This document shows positions 13,321 through 25,964 of a DNA stretch of 64,000 bases, piece after piece. Origin of the DNA: Octopus vulgaris (lineage: Eukaryota); NCBI GenBank assembly GCA_951406725.2, contig OX597824.1:30938001-31002000 (forward strand). Direction: 5' to 3'. Numbering within the stretch: position 1 is the stretch's first letter; every line of letters starts with the position of its first letter. A model generated the notes under the pieces. The model made no database searches, was not told where the DNA came from, and was given only the letters and a program-made list of their open reading frames with translations. The position numbers were made by a program, and so were the translations under genes.

Positions 13321-14039
13321 TCAACTGCACAACAGTCTCTTCCTCCTCTCTCTCTCTCTCTCTCTCTCTCTAGATAGATAGATAGAAATATGTCTGTCCT
13401 ACTTTGTATGTATTCGAGTACATGTTCTTACTATCACTAATTGCCGGTTTCAGTGATCATTTCCTTTATATATAATGTTGCATATGAACTGTTCTAAATA
13501 ATGTGATTAATTTCTCATTGTATTTCTCCAGTAAAATGATATTACTGAAGAGAACATATGCGTATTTATGGATTCTCGATTGTTACATCATCCACAGTGC
13601 GCTAACAGCGTTAGTCGACTGTTTGTAAAGGAGAAACTATATGATTTAATTCATATTCGTATGTAAATTTGTACATCATACACTCTTATACAGCCTTTGC
13701 TATGATGCACTTGAAAATAAAGACATTTTCTTTGTCAACAGTCGATTAAGAAATTTCTCGTGTCATCAGCCCCGAGACCAGAACCAATTGTGCATAACAT
13801 CTCGGACGTAAGTCGTTTTGGGATTTCTATCATTTATTTTAATTAACCATTAATCTAACATTTATTATAATTATTTACAATTTGGCTGACAGGTTTCTTT
13901 AGCCAGAGTGGTTTGGATGTATTTTTAAAATAAAATTACTAACGCTTATTTATTTTCACTTTTCTCAGTATTTCAGGTTCGACCTAAATTCATTTTGTTC
14001 GGTATTTTACATGATTACACATACAATCACACTCACACA

Positions 14040-14114
<75 letters not shown>

Positions 14115-14699
14115 GCACGTACGCACGCACCCACGCACACACACTCATGCACACACACACACAAACAAACAAATAATTATTTGGACCTTGTGTATATAGT
14201 ATTCTGATTAAAGGACTTTCACAGTTAAGAGTATCTGATGTCATCCACACGTATGATATAAGTGTCACTGGATCTTTGTCGAGAATTCTGCCGTTTTTGT
14301 TGAGTCTATAGTGAATGAGGGGAACGGAAAATGGAGTTGTAAAAAATCATTATTGAAAACAACAATTGTTTCGACCCATCCTGCATCCCTTGCGGATAGG
14401 ACATTGTACAGCTAGTTGCGTTGCATCATTAAGTGCAGAATGCATCTCGTTGGCTGTCTCGTTTTAAATAAGATACTTCGCTAAATATACTTGGTTTCGC
14501 TTGGCATGTTGTAGTCGCCAGTAAGTAGTTGACTATACTGATAGAGGATAGAAACAATTTCCGGGTTATAACCGGTAAATGGCTCTGGCTATACTTCACA
14601 GTGAATACATGACAAAGTAAAGTAATAAAAACCCGGAAACAAAATTAGTAAGGATATGAGTTAAAAGATAAAATGAAGAAAGGTAAGTTTACATATATC

Positions 14700-14975
14700 T
14701 TGACATGAACACATGAGTACTCCTCGGTCTAAGCTCAGCATGAGAATAGTTGAAATTTGTCCTCATCATTCAATAAAAGCAGATACATTCTGTGTGGAAC
14801 CTACAGATGCTGTGGAATCTGCAGGCAATAGAGACCTTCCGTATAGCATTGGCATTGTAGAGATATCAAATAATCGCCCTTTTAACAACGTTCCAAACGT
14901 AGTAGTTCAATGTAGAGAGATCAGAAGCATCTGGACATACCATCTGTCATTTCCTCTGTTACACTTTTGGCCTTA
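14700..14975 (-). mobile_element. Tc1/mariner (maT-like) transposase 3' fragment
   Basis: Minus strand PDASDLSTLNYYVWNVVKR, similar to SPDLNPLDYYVWGVVER. Confidence 0.5.
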
Positions 14976-16704
14976 GTCAACGTTTATCTAATCAGAGAAG
15001 AATAAAAGCATAGCATATTCTTGGTTTTTTTAAAACCTTGTTAAGTATGCCTTGGCACAAATCAAACGGTTAATTTGTGCTTTTGCAAATATGAATTGGC
15101 CGCAACTCAGTACAACGAATGTTTTGATAATCCATTCTAACATCTGAAGTTCTTAAGCAGTGGTCCACTTCGATGTTCCCAGTTCGTGGAAAATGCTTTC
15201 AATCCGTTGGATGAATTGTGGTTTTATATGGTGACCGAGAATTTAGAAGTCTTAGAAGTTTTTCTGTTTCCTACAGTTGAAACATTCCCGCCCGATGTTT
15301 TTAATTTTATTGGGACATTGTGTAGAAAAGATCTTGCTATGTTTAGGAAGTTTCCTATTTCTAAATAACTGTGTTCTGTAAATGTGGTAGCACGACTGCA
15401 TGTCTTTTCACTTTCTGCGTTCTCATTTCATTTACCATGGCAGATTTGAAAGGAAAGGTAAATATTCTATCTTTTAGAGAGATATGACTACATTCAAATT
15501 CCCAGTTCGATTATATTGAGATCACTGGAGCTCACTAAAAACGAACATTTATGCAGAATTTTGGAGCAACAGGAGAGGAGATGCTTCCCTGTCCCATCGT
15601 CGCTTGAAAGAGCTAGATATGTGTTTACTTAAAGAATGACTCAAAATTCCCCTTAAAACAGTTCAGAACCTGTTCGGGTCAATTCCTCGACGTATTGTTC
15701 AAGCCCATGTATGTAACTGAACATGTACGCACTGATACAGGAATAGATGGCTGATAAAGGAATGGATGGCATTGCAAATATGAATTATATTTTACATAAT
15801 TTGTCACCATTAACGACCAGGAGCCGAAATTTAAATGCAGGTGACATTTTTGGTTTTGTGACTTCCAACTTCTCAGGTGTATTACCGTTACACTTTGGCA
15901 CACAGTTAATATCTTCAGTAGTTATTAGTACAAATTAAAAAATTTTGCACTTGCAGATTTTTCAAAACCTTTAATATTATGTTGATATCTGCAGGGCAAA
16001 TGATTTCAACTGTATATATAAAGTTCTAAATAACGTGCATAGTTTCTGAAAGTATACCTCCTGTCAAATATTATTACTGAAATGAACGAACTTGTGCTTC
16101 AATCTTAGAGAGTACTTTCGACTTATATCCAGTAGCAGCATGCTACCAGTGTCAGTAAGGTATTTCTGAAAGAGTAACTATATAATTTAACTCATGAACT
16201 TTTGCGTTTAATTGTCTACAAAAGTTAATTTCTTTCTCAACATATTCTCACGAATTTGAAGCCTGTTCTACCGTCAACAGAATTTCCTTTGGCTAACCGT
16301 CCGGAAGTAAGTTTTTTTTAATATCTTTCCTTTCATTTTGTATGTCACTTTTTATAAATCATCGCAATTTTTCGAAGTTATAAATTTTATAGAAATAAAT
16401 TTCGTATCAAGTGATATTCTTGTTCATATTAACATGCTATTACTAACCATTTCATGTGATGGATATGTTATTGAAAAATAAGTATAGTCTATTACAGCTA
16501 AGAAAACACATCACTCTCTTCACTAACATGTTTCTTTCCTTATATTTGGATGTCTTTATTTTTCAAATAAAACTACATATGCTTATTATTTATTTTCCCC
16601 TTTGCCATCACTTGAGGTAATAATTAAATTGATATATTGTTCACTAATTTACAGGATTTGTCACGTTTATCATAAATTATATCGATGACAAAATATTCTT
16701 TTCT

Positions 16705-17372
16705 ATTAGGCTCATGGCCCGAAATTTTGGGGAGGGGGCCAGTCGATTAGATCGACCCCAGTACGCAACAGGTACTTAACTTATCGACCCTGATAGGATG
16801 AAAGGAAAAGTCAAACCACGGTGGAATTTGAACTCAGAACATAGACAGACGAAATACCTATTTCTTTACAGTCCACAAGGGGCTACACACAGAAGGGACA
16901 AACAAGGACAGACAATCGGATTAAGTCTATTATATCGACCCCAGTGCGTAATTGGTACTTATTTAATCGACCCCGAAAGGATGAAACGCAAAGTTGACCT
17001 CGGCGGAATTTAACTCAGAACGTACGGCAGACGAAATACCTATTTCTTTGCTACCCAAAAGAGGCTAAACACAGAGAGAACAAACAAGGATAGACAAACG
17101 GATTAAGTCGATTAGATCGACCCCAGTGCGTAACTGGTACTTAATTTATCGACCCCGAAATGCTGAAAGGCAAAGTCGACCTCGGCGGAATTTGAACTCA
17201 GAACGTAACGGCAGACGAAATACCGCTTAGCATTTCGCCTGGAGTGCTATCGTTTCTTATTTCTTTATTGCCCACAAGTGGCTAAACATAGACGGGACAA
17301 ATTAGGTCAGACAAAGGAATTAAGTCGATTAGATCGACCCCAGTGCTAACGTTTCTGCCATCTCGCCGCCTA
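16705..17372 (-). mobile_element. Nested/tandem SINE cluster (about 3-4 partial units)
   Basis: Repeated gatcgaccccagtgcgtaactggtact...cgaaaggatgaaaggcaaagtcgacctcggcggaatttgaactcagaac units. Confidence 0.8.
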
Positions 17373-17479
17373 ATACCAACGACAAAATACTTATATATAA
17401 ATATATATACTGGAGAATTTACATTGTACAATATAACTATTTACAGATACTGTAAAAGACGGTGTTTGGGTCACTGGTT

Positions 17480-18330
17480 GAACTTAATTATTTACGAATA
17501 ATTTATGATTATTATAAAATAATCGAAGTGCAAAGGTAAGTTTGGAAAGTATGTCAAACAGACCCACGGACGCGACTCAGCAGTATTCGAATTACAGATA
17601 AGTATACTGGTGGAAATGTTCAGAATGTCTGCATGAAACTTTCCAGTCGACGGTATTCATCGATGGGCTCGCAAAGTAAGAAAGTGTACAAGAAGAAGCG
17701 TATCGTCACAGTTCTTACGGCAAACAGTCGTGAGATAGGAATTTCTCAAGTATCCATCGAAATTTATAGTGCTTTAATTGATATGAGCCGGCCCGAAGTA
17801 TAGGGTTTTGCTTGTTGTACTTGGCAAGATGGGTGGAAGGTACCCACTTTCTAAGGATAATATTTGGACTGATGGTATTACATATAAATGAAAGAGTTCA
17901 ACTAATCACCATAATTGTTTCTACAAAGCCTGAGCATTTGGGCATTGTGGAGGAACATCATAATAAAATGCAAGACTTACGTTAAGGTGAGACTTATCAT
18001 GAATAAGATTAATTGGAACATTCATTTTTCACTCTAACTGGTTCCATTTGCTTGAACTTGCTGCAAAATATGTAATGCAAAGTATTGAAGAGGACATTGA
18101 AACTAGAGTTTATTTCCAGGTGTATAGCGCAACTCCACACTACCTTAGTGATGTAATGGTCTATATTGATGAGAGATTGCCAAGTATGTGGATTGGATGG
18201 AGAGGTTTAGTAGAATACACTCCGCGCTTACTGAAGTTCTCACACCAATATAACTTTTCTGAGTATACGGTAAAAAACTGGTAGCAGTTGACCAACTGAG
18301 GGCTGGCCTTTTAACAAGATGCGCACACAA
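17480..18330 (+). mobile_element. Degenerate Tc1/mariner-superfamily transposase
   Basis: FQVYSATPHYLSDVMVYIDERLPSMWIGWRGLVEYTPR, similar to QQDGAPPHY..VR.YLDE..P.RWIGRRG.VE.PPR. Confidence 0.7.
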
Positions 18331-18984
18331 AACGTACTAAATGTTTTTTGATGTTAGCAATTCCATTCCTTCACTTTTTCGGCAAAAACAGGCGATGGAA
18401 AGCGAAACTCATAGGGTCAGACTGCACAGTAGTGAAATATATTGTGTGGGGTCGATCTAATCGACTTAATACCTATGTCTGTCCTTGTTTGTCCCCTCTG
18501 TGTTTAGCCTCTTGTGGGCAATAAAGAAATAGGTATCACTCGGCGCACTGCCTCATGAAAGTCAGTGTTAGCTCTCACTGCACACGCAACTGTGTGTTAT
18601 TCGTTGGCGCGCTACAGAACGAATATGCGAGATGGTATGACAAAGTCCGTGATCTTTGTCATACCATCTCGTATATTCATTAGATGTGCCTTTTCTATGT
18701 ACGGAAAACAACATCAGTTTGATACTTTGTGTATATTCGAGTACACCATTCTTTTGTCACTATATAAAATATTAGCTGATTTGATTTACCATTCTAACCA
18801 TTTTACTATATATGTTAAATGCTCTAAATAACTTGCTTAATTTCTGAGAATGATTTTCGAGTAAAATCATTTTAGAATGTGAACAAACTCATGTTTAAAT
18901 CCTAAAATATATGCTCCACATCTCCCCAGTATCACATAAGTGACAACGTGCTATCATTGTTAGTCAACTTTTCATGATGTTCTT

Positions 18985-19390
18985 TTATTTGTTTCAATCA
19001 TTTGACTGTGGCCATGCTGGAGTACCGCCTTAAAGTGTTTTAGTCAAATAAATCAACCCCATGTCTTATTCTTTGTAAGCCTAGTACTTATTATGTTGGT
19101 CTCTTTTGCCGAACCGCTAAGTTACATAAACTCACCAGCAGCTGTTATCAAGTGATGGTGGTGGTAATGGTGGTGTGGGACACACACACACACATACAAA
19201 CACACACATACATAAAGAAGATATATATATACGACGAGCTTCTTTTGGTTTCCGTCTACTAAATCCACTCACAAGGTTATGGTCGGCCCGAAACTGTAGT
19301 AGAAAACATGTCCAAGGTGCCATGAAGTAGGACTGAACTCGGAATTATGTGACTGGGAATAAGCTACTTATTAGCCACAACTGCGCCTAA
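18985..19390 (+). mobile_element. Octopus-type SINE (paralogue 53240-53645)
   Basis: tttgactgtggccatgctggag...gccgaaccgctaag...tttccgtctactaaatccactcacaagg...gggactgaac. Confidence 0.8.
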
Positions 19391-20484
19391 TAGACTAACT
19401 ATTGAATTTAATTAATGCCGTTTTGTTCCTTTGGCACTATTTAACCTGTATAAAACGTAAGTTTTGATCTACTTGAAAGCAGAAGATCATTTCCTTTTCA
19501 ACAGATTTTCCAGAGCTTATCCGAGAATTTCAATACATCAGAAGGATTTTCAAGTGACTTTAATCCAGTAAGACGTTTTTGCATTTCTCGTATCTTGTGA
19601 TATTCCTTTGATATTCTCTTACATGACAAATATCTGCATTAGATTCTAGTGAGATTATGAATCAGAATATATGTGTGTATTTTTGTATGGCAGAATCGGT
19701 GAATCATTAGACACACTTTGTTGTAGCAATTAAAATTTCGTTAGCTGTTTAGTACATTCTGGTTTCAATCCCATTGAACGTTCGGTTAGACGAAATTCCT
19801 ACAATAAGACATAGATAGAACTTACTTTAATGAATCGCAATTCATTTTTGTGCAAATTGTACATACAAATATTTATTGGAATAATACCCTAGATGTGGGA
19901 CAGTGAGATTACAAAATCTATAAATGCCAATTACAGAAGTCGTGTTCCGATTTGTATTTGAAGTTGTTCCAAAACTTTGGTGAAAGTTATGAACGCAACC
20001 CTTCATTGTTATATTTAACTTGAGAATATGATGCCTTACATCTTTTTAGGAGATCATTCATAAACGTCACTAGATTATGGTTAATAAATGTATGTAAGTC
20101 AATAAACATAGTCCTGAATCAAACAAAAGATAAAAAGTGAAAATGACAAACTTTAGGACTATACTTATTATATTGGTTCGGACTTCTGTCATTCTTAATT
20201 GATTTATGAAAATAAGGAAATTGACCATTAATTATTTTTTGCGTCAACTATCCCATTTTTTTCTGTTGGTTTTACATGGACCATTGTCTTGAGCTCACAG
20301 GTTGAGATTGCTTGGAGATTGAAGGCATGTTCTTAAAGCCAGTGTAACCACGTTTCTTACTGGCATCAAAATATTAATAGCTCTTTCTAAGATTCAATGC
20401 ATATTAAATCTCTCAATGAATGCAATACATTTACTGTCTATCTTAACTTTACAGAACAGCAAACTATGTATGTATGTATGCATG

Positions 20485-22883
20485 TGTTGTGCTAGAGTAC
20501 GACGCCTCCTGGCGAGAATAAACTGAGCCACTACATGTAAAAAGTTGTGTATGAGTAAGTGAGGCTGTTCGTGTCGGAGAGTAGATCCTGCTAGTCCCAC
20601 AGCCCGTGTGTTGATAGTTCAAAGTTGGAGTTCAACGTTTACAGTTCGATATAGCGTGTTGGACTGTTGGTTCTTAAAAGATTGTTGTTACGTTCCGTGT
20701 GGTTACTGCCGTTTGATTCGATTATTTTGTTATTACCCTGTTGCAGTGTATTCGTTAATCCATAAGGATATAACATCTGGCGACGAGGATCGTTCGAAAC
20801 TCACATTGGTTATTTGACAATTTCTGCGTCATGGGAAACCTATTAACCGCAGTATTACAGTTTCAAGAGAAACAAGAAGAACAACTAGAGGGGTTGCAAA
20901 AACAAATACTGCAACAACAGCAACAGCAACATCAACAATAACAACAATTAATTGAGTTACAGTCGGTGAAGTCCGATAATCCAGTATGCTCGTTTATGCC
21001 AGATGGCGTGGCTAACGCAATTTCTGAATCCGAGGGCGGGTATTACGTTTCCAGCGTATTATATAAGATATGAGGAAATTTTTAACAACGAGTTCAAGTC
21101 ATGGTCGAAGGAGCAGAAACTAAGGTTTTTACTACGCAAAGAAGCTCCTACTGAACATGAGCGTTACTGTAACATTATTCTGCCAAAAGTCGAGTGAGAA
21201 TGGCTTTCAAGAAACCGTGGAAGTGCCTTCAAAATTATTTTGTAATAGAAGTTCATTATTCAACAAAAATACTGTTCGCGGCAATTAAATCCGTAAATAA
21301 AGAGTTAGACAGACTGGAAAAGAGTGGAAGCAGCAGAAAGGAGTCACGGTATGTATTTTTAAAAAATGATAAGATTAGGCTGTATGACGATTTCACTACA
21401 GAATTGGATGACTGCTTAAAAACCTACCACCATCAACTCCCGACTACAGAGGACATTGTTTCAAAGTGAAATGGTGGAAAAGTTTTTTTCTAAATTAGTT
21501 CTGTCTGTAGCCTATTTACAGATAAAGGTATACCAAAAATGTTCAAAGTATTTGACAATAATACACACAGAGGATTGTACAGATACATACGATTACCTTT
21601 TAGATTACAAGTGGCACCAGCAATATTCCAGCAAATCATGGATACCATGTTATCTGAGTGTGAATGTGCAATCCCATATTCGGACGATATTTTGATCAAG
21701 AATAATTTTCGTGAACAGCATGTGGAACACATGAAGATTCTGTTTAAGAAAATGAAAGTTTTCGGGTTCACTTTGAGTGAAGAAAAATGCGAATTCTTTC
21801 TGCTATAAATTAAGTACTTAGGGCAAATAATTGATAAAAGTGGGAGACGTCCTGACGCGTGGAGAGCGGACGCAATAAGGAATATTCTTGTACCGACAAA
21901 TATTACAACTTTACAAGTATTTCTTGGGTTGGCAAACTATTATCAAAGTTATATTCCTGTTATGCACAAGTTAAGAGCTCTATTGCACAACTTATTATTT
22001 TTTAAAAAAAGGAAATAAAGACGAATTGGTCCACTAAATGCCTGAACACTTTTGAAGAAATTTAAAAATTCTTAACTCAGACTTGTCGTTAGCACATTAC
22101 GATCCTGAAATGGACATCATTGTAGCACCTGATGCTTACGAGCACGGATTAGGTGCAGTTCTACTTCATAAATACGAAGACGGAAGTACAAAACCAGTGG
22201 ATCACGTCTCGCGGTCGGTAACAGCGGCAGAGAAGAGATATTGTTAAATTGAAAAGGAGGTCCATGCAAATATTTTTGCAGTTAAACATTTCACGGGTTT
22301 CTGTGTGGCAGAAGTTTTTTTAATTACAAATAGACCATAAACCTTTGCTGTCGATTTATGTGTAAAAAAAAGGGTTACCGATTCATACTGTGAATCGTCT
22401 GCAACGTTATGGTGTAATATTACTAAAATATTATTTCAAAATGCAATACATCCCATCGAAAAGAATCGGTCGAGATTATTTCGAAAAAATATGGAACTAC
22501 TAGAACAAACTGTTATAGCCGCACTGCAGGCAGAAAATGAAATTAAAAGTGTTATGATGAACGTTATCCAAGAACGTCCAGTCACGGTACAGAATATAAG
22601 AATGGAAGCTGTAATACGATGAGTATATTACGAAAATAAAGGAAACTTAAAAAAATTAGCAGAATATAAATTCAGAAGCCATTAGTTTTTCAATTGGCGA
22701 TGATATTCTGATGTATGCCCAAAGAGTGATGGTTACAAACTAGTGTATTGCAACAATTTCACAACGAACATCCAGGAATTGAAATGATGAAGGCTGTGAT
22801 GAGGAGTTACGTCTACTGGCCGTCTTTGGACCGAGTTATCGAAAACTTGGTGAGAACATGTTGAAGTTGGGTGCTCGCAGCCA

Positions 22884-22919
<36 letters not shown>

Positions 22920-23000
22920 AAATATCAATCCCGGCCAGAGATGAAGAACCCATGGTCTAAGTTACACAGTGACTATGCAGGACCGGTAAATGGCGAACGA
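20485..23000 (+). mobile_element. Degenerate, internally deleted Ty3/Gypsy LTR retrotransposon, copy 1 (5' LTR 20485-20775)
   Basis: LTR TGTT...AACA then PBS TGGCGACGAGG; gag; RT THRGLYRYIRLPFRLQVAPAIFQ...YSDD; RNaseH DA.EHGLGAVL; integrase start; no 3' LTR; many stops. Confidence 0.9.
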
Positions 23001-23587
23001 TTCGGGTTCCTGTTGGTATACGTTTTCATTCATGTGCGCTAACTACAGCATTAGAGAATTTTAACTCTTATTTCTAGCAATGTAGGCGTTTATTAACACC
23101 CTAGTCGTATTTAGTGACATTAAAATTTTCTTTTTTGGTGAAACATTGCAACTTACTGTTCATGTTAATTTTAAGCATATACATGAACAAATCGTTAAAT
23201 CATCTACTAATTTGGATGAAAAAAATATATATGTATACTAATAGATAAGCAAATCCATAAAAAGGCGAATATCGAGTGGGCTTAATTGATGAGGCAACGG
23301 AAATTGCCCAAACTGACGTCAGTATCAAGAATTCTCGAACGGCATTTTTCGGAAGATTCAGGCCCCTGTTATTGCATATGCTTTCATTCATTTTATCTCA
23401 TATTTCTAGTAATGTAGGTGTTTCTTAACACTCTAGTCACATTTAGTGACAATTATAATCCCCCTTTTGAGAAACATTGCAACCTGTGTTTATATATGTG
23501 TGTGTGTGTGTGTGTGTGTTCCTATATATGTATAAACACATATATATATAATTATTTTTATATGTATGTATGTATGTATGTGTGTCA

Positions 23588-23635
<48 letters not shown>

Positions 23636-23636
<1 letters not shown>

Positions 23637-23931
23637 ATACGAAAAAGAGTTCACATAGTAGAAACGATGGTTATGTTATGATCTTCATTGCCTTACAGCT
23701 TTTTCTACTATAAGATGCAGTGGACTTGGAGTTGAGAGGCTGAATAACATCCTGTGGCTTAATCGGCGCCTCCAATATCAAGTCCTACATTACAAATGTA
23801 GGCACTGATTAAGATATAGGATATTCAGCCACTCAAATTCGAGTCCATTGTATCTTATAGTAGAAATAGATGTAAGATAATGAAGTTCATAATATAACCA
23901 TCGTTTCTTCTGTGTTGTCTCTTTTTTGTAT

Positions 23932-23933
<2 letters not shown>
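23636..23933. repeat. ~300 bp fold-back (inverted repeat) element (paralogue 62708-63023)
   Basis: Arms agaaacgatggttatgttatga...ctactataagatgcagtggact vs agtccattgtatcttatagtag...tcataatataaccatcgtttct. Confidence 0.8.
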
Positions 23934-23968
<35 letters not shown>

Positions 23969-24945
23969 CGTACTTTTATTTAATTTTATTATTTTATTAT
24001 TTTATAATTGCTATATGTGAACTAAAATCTAAAAGTATTAAGTGTGATTGTTTTGTAAAATAGTTTGCAACGTAAAATATTAGAGTATAGCTAGTGAAAA
24101 TATATGCTATAGTTTATTAATGTTATTCTTAAAGCTAAATTATATCTTCACAGATAAATAGATATTTGTATCTATTTACTCTATTTTTTACCTTAGGTTT
24201 TTAACATGAAAAATGTATTATAGCCACTTTTCTACTGTTTAAGTTTCAAATTTAGTTGATGGATAAAATTTAAATTTAATTGTAGCTCGAATTGAAATTA
24301 TTGCCATGAAACGAACGTAATCTTTTTACTTACATATTGTTTATTGTTTTTATGATCGAGTTATTTGTTTTATAATATATTTTATTTTTTCTTAATGATT
24401 TGGTTTATGTCTATCATTGTTTGAATTACATAATAGTGTTTTTTCTCTAATTTATAAATATTATAATTTTTTCCATCGCCTTGACTTAACAGCCCTCATC
24501 GTATGTTTTTACTGCATTATTCTCTTTGTTCTGTCTTTTACCGTCTTGTTTTGTTCTTACTATACTGTTCTTGTTACCAGTTTAAACCCCTCCGCAAAAA
24601 ATCCCAAATTTTATTTAATTTGCTTTGCGGGAAGAACTGTTTCAATGAAGTCGCGTCTTGTCCTTAGCTTCGAACGCGGAGTAGACGAAGCAGAGACAAC
24701 TGAAGAAGGGGAATATTCTTTGTGTTGTATGTCTTTTACTCTGTTTTTTCGTTGTTTGAGTTTTTGTATTTAAGTTTCACATTGTGTTTGACGTTTTGTT
24801 TATGTATTGTACCCATATATGCATGTATATATACATATAAATGTAGGTATGCATATATATGTATGTATATATGCATATATTTATATCTTATTAATATTAT
24901 TATATATATATACATATATACACACATATAAACATATATAGGAAT

Positions 24946-24980
<35 letters not shown>

Positions 24981-25189
24981 CACACATACACACTTATATA
25001 TATAATTATTATACACTACATGCTGCAATGTTTCCCAAAAACGAGGATTATAGTTCATAATATAATCAACGTTTTTCGTGTATCATCTCTTTATTTCGCA
25101 ACCACTCTATTCTCGTTCTAATTTTTGTGCTGAAACATACGTATATAGAGTTCTACACCGAATTATTACTCTCGCAGTTCCTATGGCAA

Positions 25190-25221
25190 ACATACATACG
25201 TACATACATACATACATGCAT

Positions 25222-25254
<33 letters not shown>

Positions 25255-25276
25255 CATATATGTATGTGTATGTATG

Positions 25277-25307
<31 letters not shown>

Positions 25308-25319
25308 CGTTATATATAA

Positions 25320-25369
<50 letters not shown>

Positions 25370-25392
25370 GTATATATATATATATGTATATA

Positions 25393-25470
<78 letters not shown>

Positions 25471-25487
25471 TATATGTATATATATAC
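25190..25487. repeat. Compound (TA)n/(CA)n/(TATG)n microsatellite
   Basis: Seen directly; source of the spurious YI-rich ORFs. Confidence 0.95.
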
Positions 25488-25765
25488 CGAAGATGCCGTC
25501 TAGAAAACTGGTTCTGTTTCCGTTGTTTAGAAATCATTAACTTTTTTCCACTTTCTAAATACGTTTTTACTGGCAAATATATCAAAATAAATAAGGCTGG
25601 GAATACCACCTGATGATCCGAAACGTTTGCTCCGATTACTGGAATAAGGGGTATCGGTGTGCTTTATGTCTTTATGTACATACATTCACAAATGTCTGAG
25701 TGTGTGTGTGTGTGTGTGTGCAAATCTGTTTGAGTGTGTATATTTATACTATATTTTCTTTACAG

Positions 25766-25964
25766 ATTAACTATAAATTTGAGTAATGGTGGCGATATAC
25801 CTTTACAAATTGATATCCGCTTTGACTACCTGACATATTGGAGACGCGTTGTTTATGACAACTATCATGGTGACTGGCGTAGACAAGAAAGAATAAATAT
25901 ATTTCCATTTCAATGTATTGTCCCATTTGAGACTGAGATATATGTAACTCGATGGTACTTCAAG
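25766..25964 (+). CDS. Galectin CRD central exon, copy 1 (gene copy probably pseudogenised)
   Basis: Acceptor ttttctttacag, donor AAG|gtatgc; 199 nt, phase 2 to 0 as in galectin central exons; (R)LTINLSNGGDIPLQIDIRFDYLTYWRRVVYDNYHGDWRRQERINIFPFQCIVPFETEIYVTRWYFK matches the galectin pattern F.INL..G.DI.LHF..RF...VV.N...G.WG.EER...FPF..G.PFE..I.V....FK. Confidence 0.85.

Larger units (their letters stand above)
3380..24750 (+). repeat. Tandem segmental duplication, copy 1
   Basis: Colinear blocks: 3380-4240~29750-30560; 5088-8450~31266-34600; 8655-10877~36389-39396; 11040-13667~49053-51888; 18338-20177~51885-54435; 20178-24750~59327-64000. Confidence 0.95.

Noticed and set aside
13532-13660. 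Resemblance of RLLHHPQCANSVSRLF (and of 23078-23160, 23411-23485) to GLG1 Cys-rich repeats
   Set aside because: Needs stops and frameshifts to be ignored and the order is inconsistent; the galectin model fits the splice phases without such fixes
16705-17372. Regularly repeated units suggestive of a CRISPR-like array
   Set aside because: Units are SINE fragments with homologous, not unique, spacers; eukaryotic context with no cas genes
20281-20356. LELTG*DCLEIEG...PRF resembling a galectin first exon
   Set aside because: Two stops in both copies and no valid acceptor
25078-25613. Numerous YI/HT/CV-rich and poly-N/I/L ORFs here and elsewhere
   Set aside because: Translations of di-, tri- and tetranucleotide microsatellites
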